Positions 39,297 through 51,765 of a DNA stretch of 64,000 bases are shown piece by piece. The stretch is from Bdellovibrionota bacterium (lineage in GTDB: Bacteria > Bdellovibrionota_C > UBA2361 > JBIKUX01), in assembly GCA_044347345.1 (NCBI GenBank), contig JBIKUX010000002.1, positions 1 to 64,000 of the forward strand, written 5' to 3'. Each line of letters starts with the position of its first letter. Position 1 is the stretch's first letter. A program made the position numbers and the translations under genes. The notes under the pieces were generated by a model. That model was given only the letters and a program-made list of their open reading frames with translations, ran no database searches and was not told the DNA's origin.

Positions 39297-39608
39297 TTAA
39301 GAATGCTTTGTGAGCTTTTCTTTATGCTTTCTTAATTGCTGAGATAGCGTATGAGCTAACGCGTCAATAGAAGCGTATAAGTCATTACTTTCTTCTGTTA
39401 CCTTAAAATCAGCACCATCCATGTGGAGAGCGACTTCAGCTATGTGGCGCTTTTTTTCCACTATTAAAACCAAATGAGCCTCGGTATCTTGATGAGAAAA
39501 TTTACGGATTGAGTTACCTATTTTCTCAGAAGCATACGCCTTAAGAGGCTCTGTTGCTTCAGTATTTCGAAAAGTAATCAGTACATGAACAGCCACTTCG
39601 CTCGACAT
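39297..39608 (-). CDS. hpf: Ribosome hibernation promoting factor (short HPF/RaiA family)
   Basis: ITFRN, DLYASID, QQLRKHKEKL; directly downstream of rpoN; ATG 39608 follows a GGAGA RBS. Confidence 0.9.
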   Translation of the reverse strand: MSSEVAVHVLITFRNTEATEPLKAYASEKIGNSIRKFSHQDTEAHLVLIVEKKRHIAEVALHMDGADFKVTEESNDLYASIDALAHTLSQQLRKHKEKLTKHS

Positions 39609-39847
39609 TTTTTCTATCTCCAACAACTAGGATTTTCAGCCGTGAAAAAATTGAAGCACTTCACCTAAAATGGAGGTTTGATGACCAACTTTTTATTACT
39701 AGCACAGGGTAATTTTTACCTATTTCGAATCATACTAAATCATTACAATCTCAGTCTATACCGCTTCAATTTAATACTGTACTACTATCTGTAAAAGCTT
39801 TCTTAAATTTTTGTCTGTTTATCCCACAACTGATTCACTGCTAGCTA

Positions 39848-41338
39848 TTAAAAAATCTTTTTTCTCTGAGAAGAAGCTGGAATTCCCAACGCTTCTCGGT
39901 ACTTTGCTACTGTTCTTCTCGCAATCATAACTTGACCTTGCTTAAGTATTTCAACAATTTTTTGGTCGCTTATTGGATCCTCAGGTATCTCTTGCGCTAT
40001 CAAACTCCTGATTTTTTCTTTAATTGCTGAGGATGAAACTTCTCCTTCGCCACTTCTAATTCCGGTTGTAAAGAAAAATTTCAGTTCAAAAAGCCCTTGC
40101 GGGGTATGCATAAATTTATTGCTGGTTACTCTACTTACAGTAGATTCATGCATTCCAATATCGTCTGCTACTTCCTTGAGAACTAATGGCTTTAGCCGCG
40201 AGATTCCCTCACTTAAGAAATCTCGCTGAAACTTCACGATACTTTCAGCAACCTTGCGAATAGTATTTTGTCGTTGTTGAATACTTTTTATTAGCCATGT
40301 TGCGGCCTTCAGACGCTCTTGTAAATAAGCGCGATTCTTATCATCACCACCACCACTACTACTACCACCACCTTCTTTAAGGAGCTGCTGATAATAACGA
40401 CTAATTCGCAGCTTGGGTAATCCATCATCATTGAGAATTACCACAAACTCTCCAGCAACTTTCTGAACATAAATATCGGGTATAATGTATCGGGTATTAT
40501 CTTCAAAAAATGGTCTACCAGGATAAGGCTCAAGCTTTTGAATAGCTTGCACGGCCTTATAAACGTCTTGCAAAGTAACATTCTCTTTCTTTGCAATCTG
40601 GTCATAACGCTTATCTTGAAGTCTATCTAAGTAATTTTTAACGATTGCGCCTTCAAGAGCTTCTACTTTACCGAGACGATCTAACTGAATCAGTAAACAT
40701 TCCTTTAAATTTCGCGCAAAAACACCATGTGGTTCAAGGGTGGTAAGCTGTTCTGCTACTGTCTCAACCAAAGTGAGTGTACAGCCAGTACTCTCAGCAA
40801 CTTCTTCGTATTCAACACAGAGATAACCTCGCTGATCTAAATTTCCCACCATAGTTAGAGCTATCGTCCTTTCCTCATGAGAAAGATCAAGTAAACGAAT
40901 CTGAGATAATAAAGAATCCTCTAAACTCTGTCCCTGCGATAAACGAGACTCAGATGATGGTCGTTCTTCTGATTCCTCTAACGCAAAATTAGAAGACCCT
41001 CGGTATTCACTAAAAATTTCAAGATATTGCTCCCAATCCGCATCCGGTGTACTAGCCAATAAATCTTTTGATGAATCAGGAGAAAAATCAATTATTTCAA
41101 GTGATTCTACAGATTGATCACTGTTTGTGAGTTCAAAATTTTCCTCCTTACTATGATTGTCATCTCCACCACCATCTTCTCTTAGTTCCTCTAATATTGG
41201 ATTTTCTAAAAGCTCCTGCTCTATCGCTTCTTGATATTCCAAACGGCCGAGCTGCAACAGCTTAATTGCTTGCTGGAGCTGAGGAGTCATCGTTAAATTC
41301 TGACTTAATTTTTGAAGGAGCTTTGGTTGTAAAGCCAT
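39848..41338 (-). CDS. rpoN: RNA polymerase sigma-54 factor
   Basis: MTPQLQQAIKLLQ, NPILE, HESTVSR, RpoN box ARRTVAKYR. Confidence 0.98.
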   Translation of the reverse strand: MALQPKLLQKLSQNLTMTPQLQQAIKLLQLGRLEYQEAIEQELLENPILEELREDGGGDDNHSKEENFELTNSDQSVESLEIIDFSPDSSKDLLASTPDADWEQYLEIFSEYRGSSNFALEESEERPSSESRLSQGQSLEDSLLSQIRLLDLSHEERTIALTMVGNLDQRGYLCVEYEEVAESTGCTLTLVETVAEQLTTLEPHGVFARNLKECLLIQLDRLGKVEALEGAIVKNYLDRLQDKRYDQIAKKENVTLQDVYKAVQAIQKLEPYPGRPFFEDNTRYIIPDIYVQKVAGEFVVILNDDGLPKLRISRYYQQLLKEGGGSSSGGGDDKNRAYLQERLKAATWLIKSIQQRQNTIRKVAESIVKFQRDFLSEGISRLKPLVLKEVADDIGMHESTVSRVTSNKFMHTPQGLFELKFFFTTGIRSGEGEVSSSAIKEKIRSLIAQEIPEDPISDQKIVEILKQGQVMIARRTVAKYREALGIPASSQRKKIF

Positions 41339-41600
41339 CTTTCTCGTTTTTTACTAATTAGCCCTTAATTTTTTCAGTCAATTAATTAAATAACTTAGTT
41401 TTATTATTAAAATGATTAAAATATCGCTTAACCAATATCACTGTAAGACGCCTCTCTATTGTATCTCGGTAAGAACTACTACTGATTTAACTATTCTCTT
41501 GAGATGATTATGAAGGGCACGTTTACTCGAATAGATTGAGTAGAATGATTAAACAACAGACGAACTTGAAATTTTCTTAAAAATCACCGGTTACTGAAAG

Positions 41601-42410
41601 TCACAATGAAAAATCATCACCTAAATAGTAGCGTCTCGCTCGGTCGCTATTAGCTATTACTTCTGGAGTTCCTTCTTCAAGAACACTACCATCCACCAGA
41701 ATATAAGCTCTGTTACAAATAGTAAGTGTTTCCCGTACATTATGATCAGTAATCAAAACGCCGATATTTTTAGCCTGTAAAACTTCAATAATTCCCTGGA
41801 TGTCTCTTATGGCTAGTGGGTCAATCCCTGCAAATGGTTCATCTAAGAGAATAAAATAAGGCGAACGCACTAACGCTCGAGTAATTTCTACTCGACGTCG
41901 CTCCCCTCCTGATAAAGCTGCAGCTATGGTACGTGCAACTTTAGTTAGCCCAAGTTCCTCCAACAATTGTTCAACACGCTCTCGGCGTGCTTTACGAGAA
42001 GAAAAGGGCATAGTTTCAGCAATACCCATAACATTGTCATATACCGTGAGCTTGCGAAAGACAGATGGCTCTTGAGGCAAATATCCGATCCCAAGACGAG
42101 CTCGCTCAAACATCGGTGCATGAGAAATATCTTGACCATTAAAAATAATAGTGCCGGAGTCTGGCGCAACTAATCCCACGAACATATAAAAAGTGGTAGT
42201 TTTACCAGCACCGTTAGGACCGAGAAGTCCAACAACCTCCCCTCCTTTCACCGCTACTGACACATTACTTACGACTTTTCGACCACTGTATGACTTAACG
42301 ATATTTTGTGAAGCTAGCTCCGGCAATCCAAAACTACGCTCACTAGATGTAATGGATTGCAAAGGCAGCTCTTCTCTTTGAATTGAGGAAATCGTTTCAT
42401 TTAAAACCAT
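41601..42410 (-). CDS. lptB: LPS export ABC ATPase LptB
   Basis: GPNGAGKTTTF, YLPQEPSVFRKL, LSGGERRRVEI, DEPFAGIDP, ITDHNVRETL, YLGDDF. Confidence 0.97.
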   Translation of the reverse strand: MVLNETISSIQREELPLQSITSSERSFGLPELASQNIVKSYSGRKVVSNVSVAVKGGEVVGLLGPNGAGKTTTFYMFVGLVAPDSGTIIFNGQDISHAPMFERARLGIGYLPQEPSVFRKLTVYDNVMGIAETMPFSSRKARRERVEQLLEELGLTKVARTIAAALSGGERRRVEITRALVRSPYFILLDEPFAGIDPLAIRDIQGIIEVLQAKNIGVLITDHNVRETLTICNRAYILVDGSVLEEGTPEVIANSDRARRYYLGDDFSL

Positions 42411-42445
42411 TTTTTCTACTTTATTAAAAGCAATTGAGGATGGAG

Positions 42446-43006
42446 TTAATTTTTAGGCTTTTCAGTAACTTTATTGAGCTTAACTCTAACTTGACCTTCA
42501 GCTTCACTACGAGACTCTTGTAAGTAGACCTTTACCACATCAGCCGTTAATGAGCTTTTTTCTTGATGAATTTCAGGGTTCTCAGTTAAAGTTACAATCT
42601 CAGTTTTGGCATCATACACAGCCTTGTTACTCGTTGCTTCTATATTTTCTCCTTTAATAATTTTTACGTTACTCCTAGCTACAAGACGGTCTATTTCATT
42701 TTGCTCTGTGTAGGTACCTTCAAGAATATCTGATGTTAAAGTCATATCTCCTCGCTTTACCGTAACATTTCCGGTATACACGAATGCCCTTCCAGCTGAG
42801 TCAACTTGAAGAGCATTTGAGGATATATATGTAGGCTCATTTGGATCGGATTTATTTACACTATCTAGTAACGAGCCCCTCTTTACTGAATCCTTCGATA
42901 ATTTTTCTGCTCCCACATTATCAGATTTTTTTTGAGCACTGCTCAGTGTGGGCAATAGCAAATAAAAGTAGAAAAGTAACAAGGGAAAATTGAAAATCCG
43001 TTTCAT
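42446..43006 (-). CDS. lptA: LPS transport periplasmic protein LptA
   Basis: Signal peptide; beta-jellyroll motifs YTGNVTVKRG, LTENP, GQVRVKL; between lptC and lptB. Confidence 0.88.
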   Translation of the reverse strand: MKRIFNFPLLLFYFYLLLPTLSSAQKKSDNVGAEKLSKDSVKRGSLLDSVNKSDPNEPTYISSNALQVDSAGRAFVYTGNVTVKRGDMTLTSDILEGTYTEQNEIDRLVARSNVKIIKGENIEATSNKAVYDAKTEIVTLTENPEIHQEKSSLTADVVKVYLQESRSEAEGQVRVKLNKVTEKPKN

Positions 43007-43012
43007 GTTTGG

Positions 43013-43651
43013 TTATTGCTTGGAATAAAAAATACTATTTACCTCATTTTCAAGTCGTATGATGCGACGCTTTATATCAACATTCATCTTTTTACCAGTA
43101 ATCTTAAATGATTTATGCTCAAACACAGCTGGCCCATCTGAAGTTATTACACCAGCCACTCCATCATAGACCGCCATTGGAGTGGTAACTTTTATATTTC
43201 CACCGTAATCTACTTCTACAGAACCTTCTTCTAAACGGCCTTCTTCTAAAGGGTCGCGAGTTACTGGTGCTCCTCCTAGCTCAGCTTTCACAAGTTCATT
43301 GCCATTTAAAAAAAGAGTCGCTATTGGAGCACGCAACTCAACTAAACCATTTTCTTCTTCTCGGTAAAAATTAAGCCTCGTACCGTATACTTTAGCGGTT
43401 TGAGTGCTCGGTGCATACTCACCTCGACTGGCAAAGACTTCCCACTGCTTACGCCCTTCTTTAGTTTCACTGCGGTGAAAATTTTCCAGTATAAAAGTCG
43501 ATTCTCCGTTATTACTACCGGGCTGAGGAATACTAACTTCAGATCCAGAGCCTCTACTCTCACTTAAATAAAGTAGAGCTAAACCAATTACAAAAAATAG
43601 CCCGATGATGATTAGTGCTATCAAAAAACTCAGACGTCGCGTTACTCTCAT
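43013..43651 (-). CDS. lptC: LPS export protein LptC
   Basis: Single N-terminal TM, GRKQWEV, beta-rich domain; first gene of lptCAB. Confidence 0.8.
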   Translation of the reverse strand: MRVTRRLSFLIALIIIGLFFVIGLALLYLSESRGSGSEVSIPQPGSNNGESTFILENFHRSETKEGRKQWEVFASRGEYAPSTQTAKVYGTRLNFYREEENGLVELRAPIATLFLNGNELVKAELGGAPVTRDPLEEGRLEEGSVEVDYGGNIKVTTPMAVYDGVAGVITSDGPAVFEHKSFKITGKKMNVDIKRRIIRLENEVNSIFYSKQ

Positions 43652-43680
43652 TTAAAAAAGTTAGACTTTTTTTGTATGTT

Positions 43681-43709
43681 AGACTACCCAAGCAAAACAA
43701 ATCTTGCAA
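43681..43709 (-). promoter_or_regulatory. Putative sigma70 promoter for lptCAB
   Basis: Minus strand TTGCAA-N17-TAGTCT, 30 bp upstream of the lptC ATG. Confidence 0.45.
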
Positions 43710-44091
43710 AATTTATTAGATTATTTGTTTTAATTGGCTGTATATTTCTGACATAATACTTAACCTATTGGTCGATTATTGCTCGCAAGTGTGCAAATTA
43801 AACAATCTAAGATGTAATAAAATCTAATAAGTAGGCGACCTATCTATCTATATATCCATATATCTAGCTACCTATCTAAACTGCAATTATTTTAACCTCA
43901 ATTATTCTATAAATAGTTTAGGTAACATTGTTATTAAAGACACCATAACTCCAGAAGTTAGGGCTTTAATCAACGATTAGACCCCTGACGATCTCGCCCT
44001 TAAATTGTATATACCGCTAGTGTAATTAAAAAGTGAGTTTAAAAAAATTGGGGCGTAAAGACCATTTAGGTCTAATTTAAGAACCACCGAC

Positions 44092-45286
44092 TGATCTTTC
44101 CCCGAATTAATTGATGATTTAAGCAGCAACCTTCAAGTTATTAAAATCTTCCGTTTCGAATTGCTCTAGCGAGCGAAATCCACAAGCAGAGTGTTTTCTA
44201 TTTGTATTGTAAAAGTGTTCGATGTAATCGAAAACTTCTACCTCTATCTTTCGTCTTATGACAAAGTCTTCACCATAAATAGCTTCAACTAATAGCTTCA
44301 ACTTTGAACGAGTTAAAGAAACTCGCTGCAACAGCATTGTCGTAACAGTCACCAGTAGTACCCATACTTTGCCGCACATTCGCACTCTGCAACGTTGAGC
44401 GAAACAAGTCTTAGACATACTGGCTCCCCTGATCCGTGTGCACTATAAGTCCAGCCTTTGGCTGTCGTTTTACCTTAACCCTCACAAATGCACTCGTTAC
44501 AAGAGAAGCTTCCATACGATTCGATGTTGCCCAACCTACTACCTTTCTTGAATAGAGATCCAAGAATATAGCCAAATACACCCAACCCTCTTTGGTATAA
44601 AGGTACATGATGTCCCCAACTCAAACTTGATTCGGGGCTCTGGCAGTAAAGTCTCTGTGTACCAAATCCGGAGCTACTCTCTTTCCATGCTTGGAACGGT
44701 AGTAACCTTAAACTTTCTCGCCGCTTTCGCTCGTAACCCTTCACGCTGCATCAGTCTTGCTACTCTGTTCTTTCCACACCAGATTCCCTTATCTCTCAGT
44801 TCGCTGATGATCCGAGGACTTCCGCACCGTCCCTTACTCTCTGCATATACAACTCGAATCTGTGCAGAGAGCTTCTGGTTCTCTTGATAGCATCGACTCG
44901 GCTCTCTTCGCCTCCACACATAGTACCCTTAAGTCGTTACTCCAAGAACTCGACACAACATGGTCATTGGGTAATTACCAGACCGCTCCTCTTTCAGCCT
45001 TTGGTTCTCGAGTCTTAATCGACGATTCTCTTCCTCTAATGGCGTTCGGTTACCGTTTCCTCGAAACGTTTCTGCTCCTTCCTCGGTAAGCGTCCTCTTC
45101 CATTGATACAGTAGCGATTACTCGATCCCTAAACTCCTCGAGGCTTCCGATGCTCCTCTCAACCGCAATAGCTCGACTGCTTCTATCTTATACTCCTTGC
45201 TGAATCCTCTTCTTCCTTTTCTTACCTTTCTCCATCGGAGAAGGCTACTCCTTTAACTCTCTGTCAAGCAAATCGGGGTAAGTTCA
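44092..45286 (-). mobile_element. Decayed IS3-family insertion sequence (1195 bp)
   Basis: TG...CA ends; imperfect TIRs TGATCTTTCCCCGAATTAATTGA (44092) and revcomp TGAACTTACCCCGATTTGCTTGA (45286), 18/23 identical; flanks GAC/TAC. Confidence 0.9.
44119..45235 (-). pseudogene. IS3 transposase pseudogene (orfA/orfB fragments)
   Basis: OrfA FSKEYKIEAVEL..LYQWKR; OrfB LCRVLGV, CGSPRI, RVARLMQREGL, GWVYLAIFLDLYSRKVVGW, HTDQGSQY, YIEHFYN..RKHS; several in-frame stops and frameshifts. Confidence 0.92.
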
Positions 45287-45328
45287 TACTGCCTCGCAGT
45301 GGAATAAATCTATTAACCACAATAACGA

Positions 45329-45352
45329 TTGAGGCAGCTTTGAGGCAGCTTT
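45329..45352. repeat. Tandem 11-bp direct repeat TTGAGGCAGCT x2
   Basis: Seen directly: ttgaggcagct ttgaggcagct tt. Confidence 0.8.
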
Positions 45353-45398
45353 AAGCCGAATTTGATGCGACCTTAAAAATTGTAAATGGAGAGGTTTT

Positions 45399-45647
45399 AT
45401 GAGTGCAGAAGATAAGCAAACTTGTGACATGATAAATGAGATTAGTGAGCTTTTCAAAAAAGTTGAGGATAAAAGCGACTCTATTGATAAAATATTTCGT
45501 CCACTTGAAATAGAAGTTGCTACCAAATCTCAGCTTGCTCATATAATGAGTGGCCTTTTTGAGGGGTCAATAAGTTCACTGCTAAGTGTTAAAGAGCGCG
45601 TTGGAACACTTATAAACGGCCTGATAGCTGACCAGCTTGAAAAGTAG
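45399..45647 (+). CDS. Small hypothetical helical protein
   Basis: 82 aa; strong GGAGAGG RBS just upstream of the ATG. Confidence 0.6.
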   Translation: MSAEDKQTCDMINEISELFKKVEDKSDSIDKIFRPLEIEVATKSQLAHIMSGLFEGSISSLLSVKERVGTLINGLIADQLEK

Positions 45648-45710
45648 GTAAGTTAATAGAGGCTTACTCAAGCTATACAAATCTTACTAGTCAAGTTTTT
45701 AGCTGAAATT

Positions 45711-46079
45711 TCAACCGCCATCACCATAATTATCACAATGATAAGCTTCTACTACATAAGCCGATAACTTTTTATTCCAAGACGCTCTGTTTATCCGTAA
45801 AGCTAAGCCTTGCATGCTAAGAACATTCGTTTTAGTTTCGCTGTGTTTATGTGGTATCAAATAAACATTGACTAGTACTCCATCTGAACGGTCAACATTA
45901 AAGCCTGATCCGCCGAAGTTTTGACTATCAGCTGGAGTCACTAGAATCTTCCAAAACGTGTACTTTTTACCATTAAGAGTTATATTCTCCTCTGGGTGAT
46001 AAACCTGAACATAAGCTTCACGCTCTATCAGATCAGGGGGGAAGTTGAGTCTTTCAGGACGAGGAAAAAGTGAGCTCAC
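45711..46079 (-). CDS. Hypothetical protein
   Basis: 122-aa ORF, beta-rich composition, downstream of kdsA. Confidence 0.55.
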   Translation of the reverse strand: MSSLFPRPERLNFPPDLIEREAYVQVYHPEENITLNGKKYTFWKILVTPADSQNFGGSGFNVDRSDGVLVNVYLIPHKHSETKTNVLSMQGLALRINRASWNKKLSAYVVEAYHCDNYGDGG

Positions 46080-46207
46080 GATAATTACACTACTAATCTT
46101 TATAATAATAAAGTTAAGGATTGAGTTGCCCCAATTTAATTTAGTGCGCTACTCAAGCCAATCAGTGTACAAAAACCGTTACGGCTCTTTTTTTTCGTAA
46201 CTAGGGC

Positions 46208-48771
<2,564 letters not shown>

Positions 48772-48832
48772 TTATCTCTCCAAAAAAAGATTTCTTTCTA
48801 CTTTACCTGTTTAAATTAAGTATTTTGTGTCC

Positions 48833-50209
48833 CTACAAGCTTGAGCCATTACATACTTCAGAATTGTGACGGCCTCGCTTGGAGCTTCGACGGCGTCTAC
48901 TATTATTATTCCGCCGTGATTTTACTTCTCCTCCCATTGGATCACTTAAGTCTTGAGCACCTTTTTCAAAAAGTCTTCGGCACCTGCTAAAAATGTCTCG
49001 GTCGCGTGACCCATCAGGAAGTACCTTTAAAAAATCCTTAACCTCACTAGTGATGCGAAAGATTGTACGATTACTTAAACCACAATCTATATCGTGATAA
49101 AGTCCCCACCAAATTTGTAAAATCGCCTCCAATCGCTCACGCTCCCTGCGAGGGACAGTAAGCAAAGGAAACGCATCAGTAATATGCGCAATGAGCGCTT
49201 CTTGACTTACAAAAGGCATTTCCTCCTCAAGAGATAATGGCACTGATTGTGCCGTCTCTGACTTAGTAATTTCTTTTTTGTTCAGATTCTTATTCTGACA
49301 AAATCTTGCGATTATTGCCAAACCCACCGTGGTTGAAATGGGATGAGTTGCGCTCTCGATTAAATTATCAAAACGTCTAATTGTTTCAGAAAAGTGGGAA
49401 CCAGCAACTAATTGATTAGATTCGATGTTTGGGAAAATATATTGCAAAAGATTAGTCTTTTGGAGCTGCTCAAGAAAATCTAAAAAATTACCTGATAAAA
49501 TATCTTTACGAACTTCCTCAAAAATTCTTACTTGCGAAGCCGCTTGTAGTAGCTCTCCGCTACGTAGTACTGCATCATAAGTATCTGAATCTATGACAAA
49601 TCCACTACGAGCAGCGTGTCGTGCAACCCTCAGAAGCCTAACTGGATCTTCTACAAAACGTACTGGCGGGTTACCTATTACCCTTATAGCTCCACGCTGA
49701 ATGTCATCCATGCCACCCACATAATCAATTATGCATTCACTGGCAGGATCGAAAAAAAGTCCATTAATTGTAATATCTCGGCGCAGAGCATCAGTCATTT
49801 CAGTACCAAAGTTATTATCATCTACTAGCTGCTCCTCACCACCTAACTCTATATTATCTCCGTCTTCAACAGGCTCAGCATTAGCCCTAAAAGTAGCTAC
49901 TTCAATATTCTTATCTTTACCGAAAAAAACGTGCGCAAGCTTAAATCTACGACCTATAATTCGACTATTTCTAAAAATTTTTCTTATATCACTGGGTCGA
50001 GCATCAGTTGCTATATCAAAGTCTTTTGGCTGCTTTCCTAAGAGCAAATCTCTAACTCCACCACCTACTACATGAGCTTTATATCCAAAGCGAGCAAGAC
50101 GTGCTGTAACTTTTAGAGCATCCTCATCAACCATAGAAGCTCGTAACGGATGTTTATCTCGTTCGTAAACAATAGGAAAATTCTGTGCAGATTCAACTAC
50201 TTGACCCAT
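48833..50209 (-). CDS. pcnB: Poly(A) polymerase I
   Basis: VGGGVRDLL, PKDFDIAT, PAP signature IIGRRFKLAHV, EVATFR, RRDITING, EDPVRLLR; Arg-rich C-terminal tail. Confidence 0.92.
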   Translation of the reverse strand: MGQVVESAQNFPIVYERDKHPLRASMVDEDALKVTARLARFGYKAHVVGGGVRDLLLGKQPKDFDIATDARPSDIRKIFRNSRIIGRRFKLAHVFFGKDKNIEVATFRANAEPVEDGDNIELGGEEQLVDDNNFGTEMTDALRRDITINGLFFDPASECIIDYVGGMDDIQRGAIRVIGNPPVRFVEDPVRLLRVARHAARSGFVIDSDTYDAVLRSGELLQAASQVRIFEEVRKDILSGNFLDFLEQLQKTNLLQYIFPNIESNQLVAGSHFSETIRRFDNLIESATHPISTTVGLAIIARFCQNKNLNKKEITKSETAQSVPLSLEEEMPFVSQEALIAHITDAFPLLTVPRRERERLEAILQIWWGLYHDIDCGLSNRTIFRITSEVKDFLKVLPDGSRDRDIFSRCRRLFEKGAQDLSDPMGGEVKSRRNNNSRRRRSSKRGRHNSEVCNGSSL

Positions 50210-50462
50210 AGAATGTACATTTGCCTTATTTTAAATAGCCAACTCGACGTCGAGCTTAGCATAAAACAAGTAAAGATTGCTTGCTCCCTGTTAAGTGACT
50301 AATTGTCATTGACGATGAGATTAATATGTGTGGCAACCTCGTCTCTGTTGAAAGCGTGATGAGGTTTTTAGAAGTGAGGTAGTTGAAGTGTACGCAGTAA
50401 ACAGCTGTTTATTACTATTTGTACTACTCACGGACGAGTAAAGGGTCAAGGAAGAAACCAGT

Positions 50463-50672
50463 ATGGCACGCCCTATATATTCTCATGAACTCATAGATCC
50501 AGACTTCGCCTGGCTAATTGCAAGTTTTCAGGAGGAAAATCCAAACTATGCACTCGTTGATGCTGTTGGTCTTCCTCTTGTTCTGATTTGTCGGCCAGTG
50601 ATAGATAGTTTAGCACTATTACCAATGCTACCAGAACCAGAAGCAATTGATTCTGAAGATACGCCTCTATAA
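50463..50672 (+). CDS. Small acidic hypothetical protein
   Basis: 69 aa; AAGGA RBS-like sequence; divergent from pcnB. Confidence 0.55.
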   Translation: MARPIYSHELIDPDFAWLIASFQEENPNYALVDAVGLPLVLICRPVIDSLALLPMLPEPEAIDSEDTPL

Positions 50673-50777
50673 TTGGAACATAACAAAATTAACCAACTAT
50701 ATTTATCGAAATACCAATATCAAAAACGTTTTCTAAAATTTACTAAAAGCTACCTCTATCAATTATTGACCTTAAGT

Positions 50778-50987
50778 TTATTTTCGAGCCGGAAGAACAA
50801 ATTTATTGCCTCCTTCACTTTGTTGTATTGTTAAATTATCTCCCTCCACATACCCACGACGCTCTAAATTCATGTTTTTTATCCAGCCATTACATGAAAG
50901 AATTAAACTGAATAATCCTACAATTATTAAAACAGTTATTACCAAGCGAATATCACTAGCTCCACGCTGTGAAAGGATGTTTATCAT
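50778..50987 (-). CDS. Small single-TM protein
   Basis: 69 aa; SQRG followed by a hydrophobic stretch. Confidence 0.5.
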   Translation of the reverse strand: MINILSQRGASDIRLVITVLIIVGLFSLILSCNGWIKNMNLERRGYVEGDNLTIQQSEGGNKFVLPARK

Positions 50988-51072
50988 TTTTTAATAACCG
51001 AATTTGCAATAACTTATACGCTAAAAAAGATGTCAATTTTTTTCTGAAATAAGTTAATAGTTAATGAAGATA

Positions 51073-51516
51073 TTACCTATACCTATTTCCCAATGTTGGC
51101 CCAAGATATTTACGCTCCGGCGGATAAGGAAGCTCGATAACTGGTCTTTCAGCCTCAATCTCCCTCCTAAACTGCTCAATCCTACGTTCACGGGTAAAAA
51201 TAAGTGCTTGTCGTGCCCATATTTGCTCAATTCGCCGCTTTTCTTCAGCCTCCTTGATTTCTTCCTTAATGACCCCGTAGGCAACGCCTACAGGAAAACC
51301 TATTGCAGCACCAAGCCCTGCACTTCGTCCAACAACACCTCTTGAAATTATCTTAGCGACTCCTGCTCCAACAACAGCTCCTCCTACAGCTCCTCCTACT
51401 CCATACTGAACAGGTTGCGGTAGAGATACCGAACATCCGGCGGCAAGAACCGCGATTAGACATAACAGAACAGAAACAAAGGTGGTTTCACATAAAGTTG
51501 TAAATTTTACTACCAT
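51073..51516 (-). CDS. Glycine-zipper lipoprotein
   Basis: Lipobox LAAGC; GVGGAVGGAVVGAG and GRSAGLGAAIG glycine zippers; C-terminal coiled coil. Confidence 0.75.
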   Translation of the reverse strand: MVVKFTTLCETTFVSVLLCLIAVLAAGCSVSLPQPVQYGVGGAVGGAVVGAGVAKIISRGVVGRSAGLGAAIGFPVGVAYGVIKEEIKEAEEKRRIEQIWARQALIFTRERRIEQFRREIEAERPVIELPYPPERKYLGPTLGNRYR

Positions 51517-51765
51517 AATCCGTTACTTTTGAGTCCATAATTTTTAGAGCAAGAAGAGCCTAACAGTGTTATGTAATTACAGGCTACTTAGTTGAGTAAC
51601 TTAATCATCTTTTATACTTCGGCACTAGTAACGGTCAAAATAAACAAGAAGCGCGATTCAAGATAACCTAATAATAAAACTGCAACAAAAACTAACATGT
51701 TCATGCTTGTCGCCGTTTGGCTAGGCGTAGTAGCTTAGGGGTCGAAACGAGATGAATGGACTAAA

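Noticed and set aside
43830-43880. CTAT/ATAT-rich low-complexity tract
   Set aside because: Irregular, with no consistent unit; looks like AT-rich decay
44089-45289. Exact target-site duplication of the IS3 element
   Set aside because: Flanks are GAC and TAC, one mismatch in 3 bp; too short to claim
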